A DNA stretch of 64,000 nucleotides from Octopus sinensis (GCF_006345805.1 NC_043016.1:29450001-29514000), one strand, 5' to 3'. Counted from the first letter of the stretch, positions 22,770 to 34,559 are shown. The notes: generated by a model from the letters alone, not told the origin. Numbers and translations: made by a program.

Positions 22770-22772
22770 AAG

Positions 22773-23471
22773 GTAAGCTTGGTTTTTCTTATCAAATATA
22801 CATCAATCAGTAATATGCATTATTATTATGAAATATATCGAATTAACATTTATTTCCTTTCTATTTATCGTTGTTTGTGAGATGATTTAATTTATTTATT
22901 AACAAGACAGTGAAGTGGTAGCAAAGTACAGGAGCTTGATGTAATCGACTAGTTTTAACCCCACCTAGAATTTCAGGCCTTGTACCTCTAGTAGAAAGAA
23001 TTATTAAACAAAGTAGTGAAGTGGCAGAATTCTTAACACACTGGACAGAATGCTTTGTGGCATTTCTTCAGTGTTTATGTTCCAAGGTCAACTTCTTTCA
23101 TCCTTTCAGTGTAGATGTAGTCAACTATCCCATTCACTCTTAAATTGCTAGCCTTGTGCCAAAATTGAAACCATTAATTTTATCATTATTATTATTAACA
23201 AGGCAGAATCATTAGCACGCCAGGCGAAATGCTTAGCAGTATTTTGCCCATTGCTACATTTTGACTTCAAATTCCACCACGGTCAACTTTGCCTTTCATC
23301 CTTTCAGGGTCAGTGAATAAAGTACTAGTGAAGCGCAGGCCAATGTAATCAACTACCCCTCCCCACAAATTTCAGGCTTTGTGCTTTTAGTAGAAAGGAT
23401 TATTAATAATTTTAAAATATTTTTTTCAGTTTACCTTATTAAAAGTTCCTTTAAATTCTTTATATTTACAG
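22773..23471 (+). other. Predicted 3'UTR intron filled with three tandem family-B SINE remnants
   Basis: GTAAGC donor 3 nt after TAA; acceptor tttatatttacag|G at 23471; SINE motifs ggcagaat...ttagcacgccaggcgaaatgcttagc and gcctttcatcctttc at 22905-23405. Confidence 0.6.
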
Positions 23472-24191
23472 GAGAGAGACCTTTCTTCCTTTTCGCTAAT
23501 GGTGTAACAGCTTCAAAATATCCATTATCAGAGCACAAGATTTTGTTTCAATTCCATAGCTGGTTAGTTTTGAAATGATAATGAATATTCTTTGAAAGAC
23601 TTTGTGTTTTATATATATATATATATAAATATATATATATATATGTGTCTGTGTGTGTGTATATATATGTGTATGTGTGTGTGTATGCATAAATGAATGT
23701 GTATGTGTGTATAAATATATATATAAACACATACATAATGTATATATACACACATACACATTGTACATCAGAAGAAGCACTTGGAAGTGTACGTTTTTGA
23801 TATTGTACCATTTATAAATTGGTTGAATAGTTTTAAACCACCTCAGACGAACAATGGCTTATCAGTCCTGGTTTACAATTTAGGTGGCAACATTGTTACT
23901 TATGTTCTTTAAGCTTTTAAAATGTTTATATTTCTATTAATATTTTTATCTAGGCTATGAATTCAAAAGGTAACTTAGAAAGCGTTTGAAATTCCGAAGA
24001 TTAATTCATTGTACCTCTTTTCTGGGGTGGGTGTGTATGTGTGTCAAATTGAATACGCATCCAAAAGAGCTACTATTATGTGTGTGTGTGTGTATTATAT
24101 GCTATGATGATTGTTTATGATTTGAATGACATTGTCAGGTAGGTATGAGGCCAGATCTAGCCAGTGTGAATGTGTGTACGTACACACACAC

Positions 24192-24226
<35 letters not shown>

Positions 24227-24722
24227 TATATATACATATGCACATGTATAAATATATATATATATATTTGTTTCAGCCAGGTGGCTGGAGCAACACTGTG
24301 TGGGAATATATATATCTATGTGAGTATATGTATGTCTGAGTATAAAAGAAATGACTTTTGGAAAGAAATTTCGGCAAGAACTTATTTTAGTTTGATTGAT
24401 TGATATCTTCGATTTATTAACTTTGTCTAGTTATATTTGTTTTCAGAAATTTTAAAATATTTTCAATATTTGATTTCTATTACAAGCCACCCATTAAACA
24501 AATTTTTTTACTGGTAAAAATGGAAGTTCCTTTTGTCATTTTGTCACTCTATGCTTGTTGCTTCCATTATACTTTCACATTATGAAATGTTCCTTATTTT
24601 TTTTAGTTTAGATTTCCTCAACATAGAACTAGTTCCGATATTATTTATATTGGCGTGATCATTTGCTTCTTATGTAATATTCAAATAATTTTTCTAATTT
24701 TTTATCTTCTCAATATCATCTA

Positions 24723-25332
24723 AATAATACAGTTCTATATTTAAGAGATGAGGAATTATGTATATTATTTACATTTGACAGATATTTGTCCTCATCTTGT
24801 TTGTTGTTAACCCATTTCGGCTGTATACCCTGCAGCCTTTGTCAGGTGATACATGCCACCCCCCTCAAAATAAAGGTAGAGGAACATTGCAAAGCTGTGA
24901 CACGAGATATTGATAAATCAAGTATAGCTGATCATGTGTGGAAAAATGGAGACCACCTCCCTCTGTGGAATGAAATTAAAATAATAGAGAACACCAATGG
25001 AAAATACGAAAAATAAAAGAAGCTGCATATATGCTAGGACACAGCAACCTCCTAAGCAGACTGAGTGCAGATATGAATAGCATATGGGAACCAGTATTAC
25101 AGAAGGATAGGAATATATTAGATTTATAAGCCCTAAAATTCACTCCATAGTTGCCCACAGACATATGGCATAGTGGTTAAAAGCGCAGGCTACTAACCCC
25201 AAGATTCCGAGATTGATTCCAGACAGTGGCCTGAATAATAATAACATCAGAATTTCCCCAAGACACCTGATGAAAGCTGGGGGGTATATCAGCTGAAAAG
25301 ATGAGGACAAATATCCATCAAATGTAAATAAT
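24723..25332 (+). mobile_element. Penelope-like insertion A: inverted pLTR, GIY-YIG C-terminus, tRNA-like cassette, hammerhead-bearing pLTR
   Basis: 24723-24848 is an antisense pLTR; 24850-25110 encodes PLKIKVEEHCKAV..KSSIADHVWKNGDHLPLWNEIKII / WKIRKIKEAAYML; A box at 25166, B-box-like at 25211; CTGATGA at 25267 and GAAA at 25295. Confidence 0.85.
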
Positions 25333-26246
25333 CATCCAAGTAGTTAAAAAATTAAAAGACATATATCTCAAAAGTTTCTTTAAGAAGCAATAGGGAAAAT
25401 CTTCAAATATATAATTTTTTAAAAGACAAAAAGCACTTTAATAGACATTTTAATTTTCAGTTCCAATAAACTGTGAATATATAATATATTGATGGTAGTG
25501 GCGGCATTAACTCTTATCCAAGTAGTTAATCTGTAGTGAGTTGTTGAGCCTCTTCATCCTAATGAGTGCAAAGGGTGCCAGTGCCTGCGGTGGCAGTTGA
25601 TATATGAAACATATATTATAGATTCTTAATATAATACATATATAAAGCATATCATATATATGTAATATGTGTGTGTGTCAAGAACACTACTCGCTGCCAG
25701 GAGTCAAACCCATGACCTTATGATCATGAGCCAGTTACAGGTCGTGAGCTTCCACTTTGTATAAACACACACACACACACACATATATATACACGCACAC
25801 ATGCATATATTTCTTTTATTTTTGAAGTGCCTTACCATAAAATGTTTGAAATTTGTAGCATTAATAATAACAATGTTTATGACTAGATGAGTAGTTCCAC
25901 ATTGAAGAAGATTATTGAAGTTAGATTTCTTTATAGTAATCCTGCTAATACAGATTGAAGATATTTTGCCAAAGAATAAGATGGTTTTAGACTTAACATC
26001 TAATGACATGTGAAATTAACTCTCTTAACAGTAGTATTTGTATTAGATTCAGGTTGATTTCAGTCTTTCTCATGATATTATCTTTAAGTATTTCTTTAGG
26101 TTTAAATAGTCAGTACATAGCAGATAGGGTCAGAGAGTGTTATTCATGTTGTACAAGTGTTTATCACTTTTTGTATGTGTGTATATATGTATATATATGG
26201 GTAGAGAGAAATCATACATATTTGTACATATGACTGCCTAAATATA

Positions 26247-26614
26247 TAATACAGTTCTATATTTAAGAGATGGGGAGTTATGTACTTTATTTACATTTGG
26301 TGGATATTTGTCCTCATCTTGTTTCTTAACATGTTTCGGCTGATATACCCTCCAGCCTCCATCAGGTGTTTTGGGGAAATTTCAAACCTGGGTTCTCTTT
26401 CTTAATCTATTATATGGTGTAATGGTTTGAGAAATTAAGGCCAATAGGCCAGATATAGTTGTCATAGATCATGAAGGGAAAAAGAAAAAAAAAAACCTTG
26501 GGAATGAGAACCCATTCCCAAGACACCTGATGAAGGCTGGAGGGTATATCAACCGAAACATTGTGTTAAAAACAAACATGATGAGGACAAATATTCGTCA
26601 AATGTAAATAATGT
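26247..26614. mobile_element. Penelope-like insertion B: inverted pair of hammerhead-bearing pLTRs
   Basis: 26247-26405 (antisense) and 26490-26614 (sense) belong to the same family as insertion A; the spacer carries IKANRPDIVVIDHEGKK. Confidence 0.85.
26522..26567 (+). ncRNA. Minimal type-I hammerhead ribozyme motif (family 2), core intact
   Basis: GACAC-CTGATGA-A-GGCTG-gagggtatat-CAaCC-GAAA-CA-TT-GTGTT. Stem I GACAC/GTGTT; family consensus stem III is the AACGTT palindrome seen at 47418-47423. Confidence 0.7.
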
Positions 26615-26981
26615 CTAAATATATGTTCTTTAGTCATTAGAGTGCAGCGATGCTTGGGTACCTACCACTTTGTAGGATATATATATATAGTAAATTTACA
26701 TAAACACCAGTTTGGCTCAAAAATTACATAAACACTAGTAAGGCTCAAAAGCAATGTATCACAGTGTCAAATGCAATATATTGTCTCCCAGTCATTTTAA
26801 TTCTACTGTTCACTTGCCTCTCTCTTTATGTAGATATATAATGTCACCAATGCTGTGTCATTAAAGCAGTGGTAGGCAGGATCAAAGGAAGGAACTGCCA
26901 CCACCTCTGTTGCTTCCACTTCCTATTCCTTGTCTTTTCCTTCCACTTTTTGCATGCTGCCGCCACCACATGCTTTTCTGA

Positions 26982-27185
26982 TACATGGTTGATTCTGCCA
27001 GTAGTCATGCTTGTCTCAAAAGCTTAAGTCATGCAAGTTCATGCCATAAACGAATGGTGAAACCCTCAAACAGCTCAGGAATTGAACTTCATCCTTTGGG
27101 CCTTTTTCCTCAACACAATGAAAGTGGACAACTGTGGCAATTGCAGCACTAAATCATGCAACCAAAAAGATTGTACCCAAGCTCC
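26982..27185 (+). pseudogene. Degenerate 18S rRNA 5'-end fragment
   Basis: tacatggttgattctgccagtagtcatgcttgtctcaaaagcttaagtcatgca matches the conserved 18S start TACCTGGTTGATCCTGCCAGTAGTCATATGCTTGTCTCAAAGATTAAGCCATGCA; then gtgaaacc and ggacaactgtggcaatt...catgcaacc (GGATAACTGTGGTAATTCTAGAGCTAATACATGC). Confidence 0.85.
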
Positions 27186-27884
27186 AGGCTAACTGATTAT
27201 ACATCCACATTTTTTACCAGTTTTAGCCATGCTGAGGCATCAAGTAATTTTAGTCAGTCATATGGATCCAACTTCTTATTTCAGTATGATACTTAGTTAG
27301 TTGACAGTTTAAATTAGATTTTTAACTCGTATAGTTACATCTTTGGTTACTATCTTCAAACACATTACCAATTTAGCATCACTATATAAATAAGTTTCTG
27401 TTACCTATATGTAATGGGAAGCTACTTTATTTTATCAAGCAGCAGTGGGAGACTTCTGAAGATTTTTAATTTGATAACCTGGTTACAGTTTTAATACATA
27501 TAAATATATATGTTATAGATTACATGGGAGTCAAATGTCTTAGAGTTAATAACAGTTTCAATTATGGATGTTTGAAAAGAAAAAAGAAAAAATTTACATT
27601 AGATTTCAAGTAATAATTGAAAAATTACTTATAAATATTGTCATTACCACTAGGCCTTCATTTTAGATAATTTGTTTTCATTAATCCAAACAGTATTTAT
27701 GATGTGAGAAATTTAATGGTTGTGAAATGAAAATGTGCTATTTTGTGGGTTTTATTTTAAATTTATTGTCATAACTTCCCAAAGATAAAAGAAATTTCAT
27801 TTTTACCAAATAGAAAATATGAGAATTTTTTCAATTTATTGATTATGCTTCTTAAGACTGTCATAATTACTTTTTTTTTCAATC

Positions 27885-27921
<37 letters not shown>

Positions 27922-28691
27922 CAGTTAAGCTATACATGTATGTGAGAAAAAAAAGTATTTGAAATGTTGAAATAAAAATTTGTGCTAATGCCATTCTCCA
28001 ATAAAACTTGCCCTCTATCTCCCTGCTTTATTTTTCTTACAAAATTGTGTAAGAATAGGCTTAAAATATTGTGTATATATTCTAAAGTATTAACAAATGA
28101 TGATAAATAATAACCTAATAAAGACATTTGCAAAAAACAAAAACAAACTATTTCTTGTATATTTTTTTCCATAATTTTTAGATTTCATAAACATTCATGA
28201 TAAATTCATATTTATTTTCCACTTAGAAAAGAGAAAAAAATGCAAATATTAAGTAAGAGTTGTAGTTTTTTTTTTTTTTTTTTTTGTGTCTTCTGACTAA
28301 TCTTTCAGTCCACTATCATGATGTAAGCATTTTATGGCTCATTTTGTCTTGTTCATTTCACACAACATATTCTTTTCTCACTATGTCATATATTAATAAG
28401 TACATGGCAGATAAAATGAAAATTATAACACCATGTACAACTACAACAACACAAATATATTGGGCAAGTCCTGATTATCATTTATTATTATTATTACTAT
28501 TATAACTTTAATCGACTTTATTTGTTGTGAATTGTTTAATGGCACATTCATTTAAGTACACTTTTTTTTTCTTCTTAAAACAGTAGCCAGTGACTTACAA
28601 TGTCATTTCACTATGATTGTAATATTAAAATATTTGGAGATTTTTTTTATGTCTTGTAGTAACCAATGCTATAGTTACTACTGGCACTTCA

Positions 28692-28697
28692 AATAAA
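28692..28697 (+). terminator. Candidate polyadenylation signal of the zinc-finger gene
   Basis: AATAAA followed by GT/T-rich sequence at the end of a long repeat-poor U-rich stretch (27200-28700); other upstream AATAAA copies exist. Confidence 0.4.
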
Positions 28698-28883
28698 GCT
28701 ATTTGTAATGTGATGCTTTTGTTTATTATATTTTTTATATTTAGATTTGAAATTGATATTTACAGTGCATGTGTGTATAAATTATGATTTTTTTTTTTTC
28801 TGTATTTTTGCTTTTACTCAACATTTCTTTATGGTTTGTATTCATGTTCCACAAATGTCTTGCCACTGGGCAAGGGTTTTGCT

Positions 28884-28924
<41 letters not shown>

Positions 28925-28927
<3 letters not shown>

Positions 28928-29105
28928 ATATATACATTTTCCAATTTGGCATGGGTTAGGTGATTTGACTGAAGCTGGTAAGTTGGAGAGCTGCAGCGGG
29001 CTTCAGTTGTCTGTTTTGAGCTGGTTTCTACAGCTGGATGCCATTCCTAACACCAGTCATTCTACAGAGTGTACTGGATGTCTTTTAGGTGTCACCAGTA
29101 CAGGC
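28925..29105 (-). mobile_element. RTE-tail SINE fragment
   Basis: gtttctacagctggatgccattcctaacacc is the reverse complement of the shared tail core. Confidence 0.7.
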
Positions 29106-29287
29106 ACGTGTCTTCTCAAGCACATGTATATAATTTGTTCGTTGTTGGCTGCCAGAAAGAAAAGAATACTCAGTACCGTAGTAGAGATTAATAATGTTTT
29201 GTTCTAATTGTAATTTGTATAAAGACCCTGTGTACCAACAGGTGAGACTCAAATTAGCAAGAGATTGATTCAACTATATATATATAT

Positions 29288-29618
29288 AGGCATAAGAGTG
29301 GCTGTGTGGTAAGTAGCTTGCTTACAAACTACATGGTTCTGTGTTCAGTCCTACTGCATGGCACCTTAGGCAAGTGTCTTCTATAGCCACGGGCCGATCA
29401 AGGCCTTGTGAGTGGATTTGGTAGACAGAAACTGAAAGATCCCCATCGTGTGTGTCTGTGTTTGTTCCCCCCCCCCCTACATCGCTGGTGTGTTTACGTC
29501 CCTGTAACTTAGTGGTTCGGCAAAAGAGACTGATAGAATAAGTACTAGGGTCAATTTGCTCGACTGTATGCGGTACTCTGGCATGGCCACAGTCAAATGA
29601 CTGAAACAAGTAAAGAGT
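29288..29618 (+). mobile_element. Family A SINE
   Basis: gagtggctgtgtggtaagtagcttgc...gactgaaacaagtaaagag. Confidence 0.85.
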
Positions 29619-29730
29619 ATATGTTATTAGATAATAAATCATATGGTATACACCTGGTAGCTTACTAGTAAAGCAGGTTCACTTTCACAGTGTTTGTTGG
29701 GTATTTTATTGATAAGAGAGATGCAAGAAT

Positions 29731-29834
29731 GTTTATTGATCACTACAATTGTTTCGATCCCTCAAGGGTGAGATACTAAACAACATTTGTATTTCACCCA
29801 TGAGGGGTCAAAACAGTTGTAGTTATTAATAAAC
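29731..29834. repeat. Fold-back inverted repeat, 46-bp arms, carrying hammerhead 3'-half sequence
   Basis: 29731-29776 versus 29789-29834, 7 mismatches; arms read (G/A)AAA-CA(A/G)TTG-TA outward. Confidence 0.85.
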
Positions 29835-30597
29835 TTTCTCATTAATCAAATATATATATAATCAGACTCAGTTCCTCCATGTGGTATTATCTTGGGCAAG
29901 TGTCTTCTATACCCTGAGTGAAAACTATGGACTCAAGAATCACATACAGACCGACAAAACCGTATGTGTCAGGTGTGCAGGAGCAATGACTACTATGGCT
30001 GTAATTAGCAGAACTACATATTTCAACCTTTTCTCTACTGTTACACTCTTCCTTTGAGTCACTTTCTTTAGACACCTGTCATTAACATATTTATCTTATA
30101 CCACATCTACCTTGACCCTATCTCTGTCCATCTCTAACCTTAACCAACCAACTTATCTCCATATCTCGAATCCCTAGTCCATCTACTGTGTTATTATTCT
30201 GCTAGTTGACTTCTCATATTTATCATTGATCGCCACTCTTTTTTTTTCCCCATTTACCCCACCCCTACTTCTGACCGTTTTTCACTCTCCCACATATTCA
30301 TGTAACTTTTACCCGCTCATGTTTCTGATCATCTAGTGCATTGAGACACTGTCACCGTTATCTTTTATCTCTCTCTCTCCGGATCTACCTGCCTGTATAT
30401 ATTGTTTGGATATACTAGCATGGAACGTGGGTATAATATGATGATGGCATGGTTTTATACATTCAGTCTGTACTCAGCAGTTGTGCCATTGTCTGCAAGA
30501 CTCAGCATTCTTGAATCTAACCTCACCTTATTGCTACATTTTACGTTTTTTTACTATTTCATGGAAAATGATTTTGAGATTACAAGTGGAATTTATC

Positions 30598-31000
30598 AAG
30601 GTGATGGGTTGGCAGAATCATTAGCATTTCTTCTGGTTTTTTATGTTCAGAGTTCAAGTTGTACCAAGATCATCTTTACCTTTCATCCTTTTGGGAATGG
30701 TAAAATAAAGTACCAGTCAAGTTCTGAGTTAATGTAATTTGACTCCTAAGAAATTGCTGGCCTTGAGCGAAAATTAGAATTTTTATATCAAGGTGATGAG
30801 CTGGCAGATTCATTAACACACCAGACAAAATGCTTTGTGGCATTAAGTACCAGTTGAGCTCTGGGGGTCAATGTAATTGACTTAGCCCCTCTTCAGATTC
30901 TGCTGGGGTCGACTTTACCTTCCATCCTTTCGGGGTCGATCTAATCAACTGGCTCCCTCCCCCAAAATTTCAGCACCATGTGCCTATAGTAGAGGAGGAT
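30598..31000 (+). mobile_element. Two tandem family-B tRNA-derived SINE remnants
   Basis: aaggtgatg(g/a)g..ggcaga..cattag and cctttcatcc...taagtaccag motifs occur twice. Confidence 0.75.
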
Positions 31001-32611
31001 GTCATTAACATGAGGAAAAGAAAGTAGCACCAGTGAATGAAATTTGCTGAGGGATGCTTACAAGTTTGATGGTTCACATTGATTCAGTTGTCATTGCTCA
31101 GCATGAATCTGAAGGTTTTTTTTAGGGTTGGTGTCTATAGGAAAAATATATGGATCAACAAGGGAGTCTGTACAGGGGTTTGGTTGAGAAGCTAGAAATA
31201 AATAGCAGCCAAATTTCAAATTATAACCTGTATTCTGAAAAAAAAAAAATGGCATTCCACAATATAATCCTAGATACTCGATGTCTGGTAATCAGACAAG
31301 ATGGTCATTGTTGGAATGCCTTTAATAATGATGAGCTCAGTTAAAGTCAGCTGGAACTAAATAATACGCTACAGAGGGAGGCGACTATGCAATATGAGAT
31401 TACACAGCCTGCTAGAAATAACAGCCAATTTTCAAATTATACCCTATCTTAAAAAAATTAAATGGTTACTTTGAATGTGGTCTTGGATGCAATATTACTG
31501 GATTGTCATGGAAAGAATGCGTTTGATCAGAACTAAAGAAGAATTGTGTTACTGAATTAACCCTTAAATGGCAGACATCAATTGTTTCAAAAATTTTACA
31601 TGGATACAGCTATCATCAGTTAATGCTTACACGCCTACTTTTCTAATGCACTTAGGTGTAAAGTGGCCATTATTGATATCAGAAATGAAAGAATTACACA
31701 GCAATGAAGAAGTATATTTTTAAAAAATTTCTTTTATCATCAGAGGAAGTAAATGATGATGTTTTAGATAGCACAGAAGAAACTGATGCTTCAACCAGCT
31801 CTGGATGGAAGGAGTGCACCAATTATATCTCTATTTGTATATTAGTTTTGGCAACAACAATGTGGGAATCTCAGATGAATTTATGCTCACACTGGATGCA
31901 AAGGAAAGTGAACATTTTAAGGCACTATTCAATAATGAGATTATAAATATTAATGTGCAAGATACTAATTTACCCTTAAGAAAAAAAGATTTTTTAAAAA
32001 TAATTTTTCTCATTTGGTACACACATTCATGTAACCCTTTCCTAAAGTTCAGGGGTAATTTACTGGTGAAGGGTCATGGCTTTATTTTCTTAGCCAGATA
32101 GTTCATGTTCTTCAGCAGAACACTTTATTCCATGTTACTTCAGTTCACTCAACTATAAATTTATTCCAGCAATTGCGTGGCAGTTAACCCTGCAACAGAC
32201 CAACATCCTGTTCACTTACCACAGAAACCAGGTGAAACTCTGGCTTCATGAGTCTTGGGGCTGATGACAAACCTAAGTCTCAATAATTAATTGCAGAACT
32301 GATGTCAGTTCTGCAGTTTGTCCACATAAATTTGTGCCATTGAAATTATGATAGTAGAATATAAACACCAAACTGGTATACATAATTGTATTGTCTTTCA
32401 TGTTTCTGCATTTGAAATTAAAGTTCTTGCTTTTCACTCTTCCACAGTCTGTAAAAGAACTGAAAGACAACCCATGTTTTAGGTTGCTGTCATACAACAA
32501 CAGTAGCCATACAATGAGTTAAACCCAAAGGTACACATTGTCTGGTGAAAAAATGTATGAGGGAATAACATAGGAAGAAGCCTTCATTTGGTGTGGCTTA
32601 AATTTTTAGAC

Positions 32612-33000
32612 CAGGGGTTCTCAATCATTTTTTGCCTATGGACCCCTTTGATTACCATTTTACTCTGGTGGACCCCCATAGCCATTCGATGTTTAATAAC
32701 TAGTTTTACAGATACTTCTTTCAAAATTTGCATTTTGCTTTTCATCCATTCATTTGCGTAAGTTTGCATTAGAAATCTCAGAGAGCATGCTTCAGAGGTA
32801 AGAAACACTTTAATCTATGTAAAATGTTAGAGAAAGAAGCCTAACTGATTCTTGTAATAAATACACTTAAACCATAATAAATAAATAAATTTATCAATCC
32901 AATTTGCATCAAATATTTTTTTATCAATTACAATAAGTAAAGATTACAAAAAAATTTTTTTTTCAGAAATTGCATAAAAAATCAGATTAAACCCTTTAAG
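32612..33000 (+). mobile_element. hAT-like non-autonomous element fragment
   Basis: Begins CAGGGGTTCTCAA with atggacccc subterminal repeats; related copy at 61343-61500. Confidence 0.55.
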
Positions 33001-33060
33001 CTGATTTGGGCAAGTTGGCAAGAGGTCAAAAAATAAATAGGTCAGTAATTATTAACAAAA

Positions 33061-33311
33061 GTGGAAGCACATGGCCTAGTGGTTAGAGCAGCGGTCAAGG
33101 GATCGCGGGTTCGAATCTCAGACTGGGCGATGTATGTGTTTATGAGCGAAACACCTAAGCTCCACGTAGCTCCGGCAGAAGGTAACAGCAAATTTCTGAC
33201 TCTTTCACTCCTGCATCTTGCAGCTTACCAGCGTCCCATCCAGGTCGGGAACCTATAACGTCTGGGAAACTGGCCCTGATGAGCCAGGCGAGGCTCGAGA
33301 AGGAACAAACG
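33061..33311 (+). mobile_element. Family C tRNA-derived SINE
   Basis: TGGCCTAGTGG A box and GGTTCGAATC B box; related to 47740-47974 and 62551-62891. Confidence 0.85.
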
Positions 33312-33439
33312 ACAATTATTAACAAAAGAAAAGAAACATCCTTTGCATACAAGCAAGGATGTCAAAAATGTAAGTCTGAAATATAAAATATTACAAGTGT
33401 TATAAAAACTGTAGGTCTATAAAATAAAGTTTATAAATA

Positions 33440-33600
33440 GGCGCAGGAGTGGCTGTGTGGTAAGTAACTTGCTTACCAACCACATGGTTCCGGGTTCAGT
33501 CCCACTGCGTGGCACCTTGGGCAAGTGTCTTCTACTATAGCCTCGGGCCGACCAAAGCCTTGTGAGTGGATTTGGTAGACGGAAACTGAAAGAAGCCCAT
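33440..33600 (+). mobile_element. Family A SINE, 3'-truncated
   Basis: ggcgcaggagtggctgtgtgg...gaaagaagccc. Confidence 0.9.
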
Positions 33601-34559
33601 TATATTGCATGATTTTACCAATTGGTTTTGCTCAAGGAATACAATGGAGTGTTAGGTAACAATCTGATTATATAACCATATGCTCCTCAGAATTAGCCAA
33701 TATATCAGATAATATACCCACTCTATTGACAGATATATGAGTGCATCTTTTCCCTTACTTATGGACTCTTAGATGACCCATGTACATATATATATAAATG
33801 ATCATCACCATGATCATAATCGTTTAACATCCCTTTTCCCATGCTAGCATAGATTTGATGGTTTGATAAGAAAACAAGCCCAAGGGCTCCATCAGGTTCT
33901 ATATCTGTTTTAACATGGTTACTACAGCTGGATGCCCTTCCTAATGTTAACCACTTAACACAGTATTGATTGCTATTTAAACTGTGCTTGTGGATGGTCA
34001 ATGGATTGGCTATTGTGCTGAAGAAGGAGCAAAATTTCTTGATATATGCATATACATCCCTTACCTACTTTTCTATTATCAATCGCATTGTTTACATATA
34101 CATATCTGTATACAGGATGTTGTATCTTCTAGTGCTGGTTCTTAGTTTTTATAGAAAATCTATGCAGATAACTTTAAACAAAAAGGGACTTAACAGAATG
34201 TACTGGGTACACTTTACAAGGCACCAGCACCAGTGAGGTTGCCAAGTGCCTGCAAGATAAGATCCTTCAACCAAGTGGGATATAAACTGGAGAAAGAAAC
34301 TATGAGAGATGGAAAGGAGCATGTCTCTTGCTCAAGAAGTAAATATATCTATTATAGTAATAATAACAACCCATAGGTGGAATTTATAAGTATTTTAATG
34401 CATTACCTGATGGAATGAAAATAATCCACTTGATGTCCATGGATACTATGGACTGTACTGTAATCATCCCAGGAATACAGACTGTGATCATAAGAAACAT
34501 GTGACCTGTTGAAACACACATAGCGATGCATTAAAATATTTATAAATTTTATCCATAGA

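Larger units (their letters stand above)
13418..22772 (+). other. Predicted 9355-bp exon containing the whole CDS
   Basis: Acceptor ctctctttttaacag|G at 13417/13418; donor AAG|GTAAGC at 22772/22773; uninterrupted ORF inside. Confidence 0.7.

Noticed and set aside
26982-27185. Functional rDNA unit
   Set aside because: Only about 200 bp with substitutions in invariant positions; no remainder of 18S, 5.8S or 28S.
30318-30356. Hammerhead-like gtttCTGATCA...GAGAcactgtc
   Set aside because: Both cores are mutated and the stems are not supported.
31557-31950. piggyBac transposase or host exon (acidic EEVNDDVLDSTEE after ttaaccctt)
   Set aside because: No catalytic motif, matching TIR or convincing splice pair was found.
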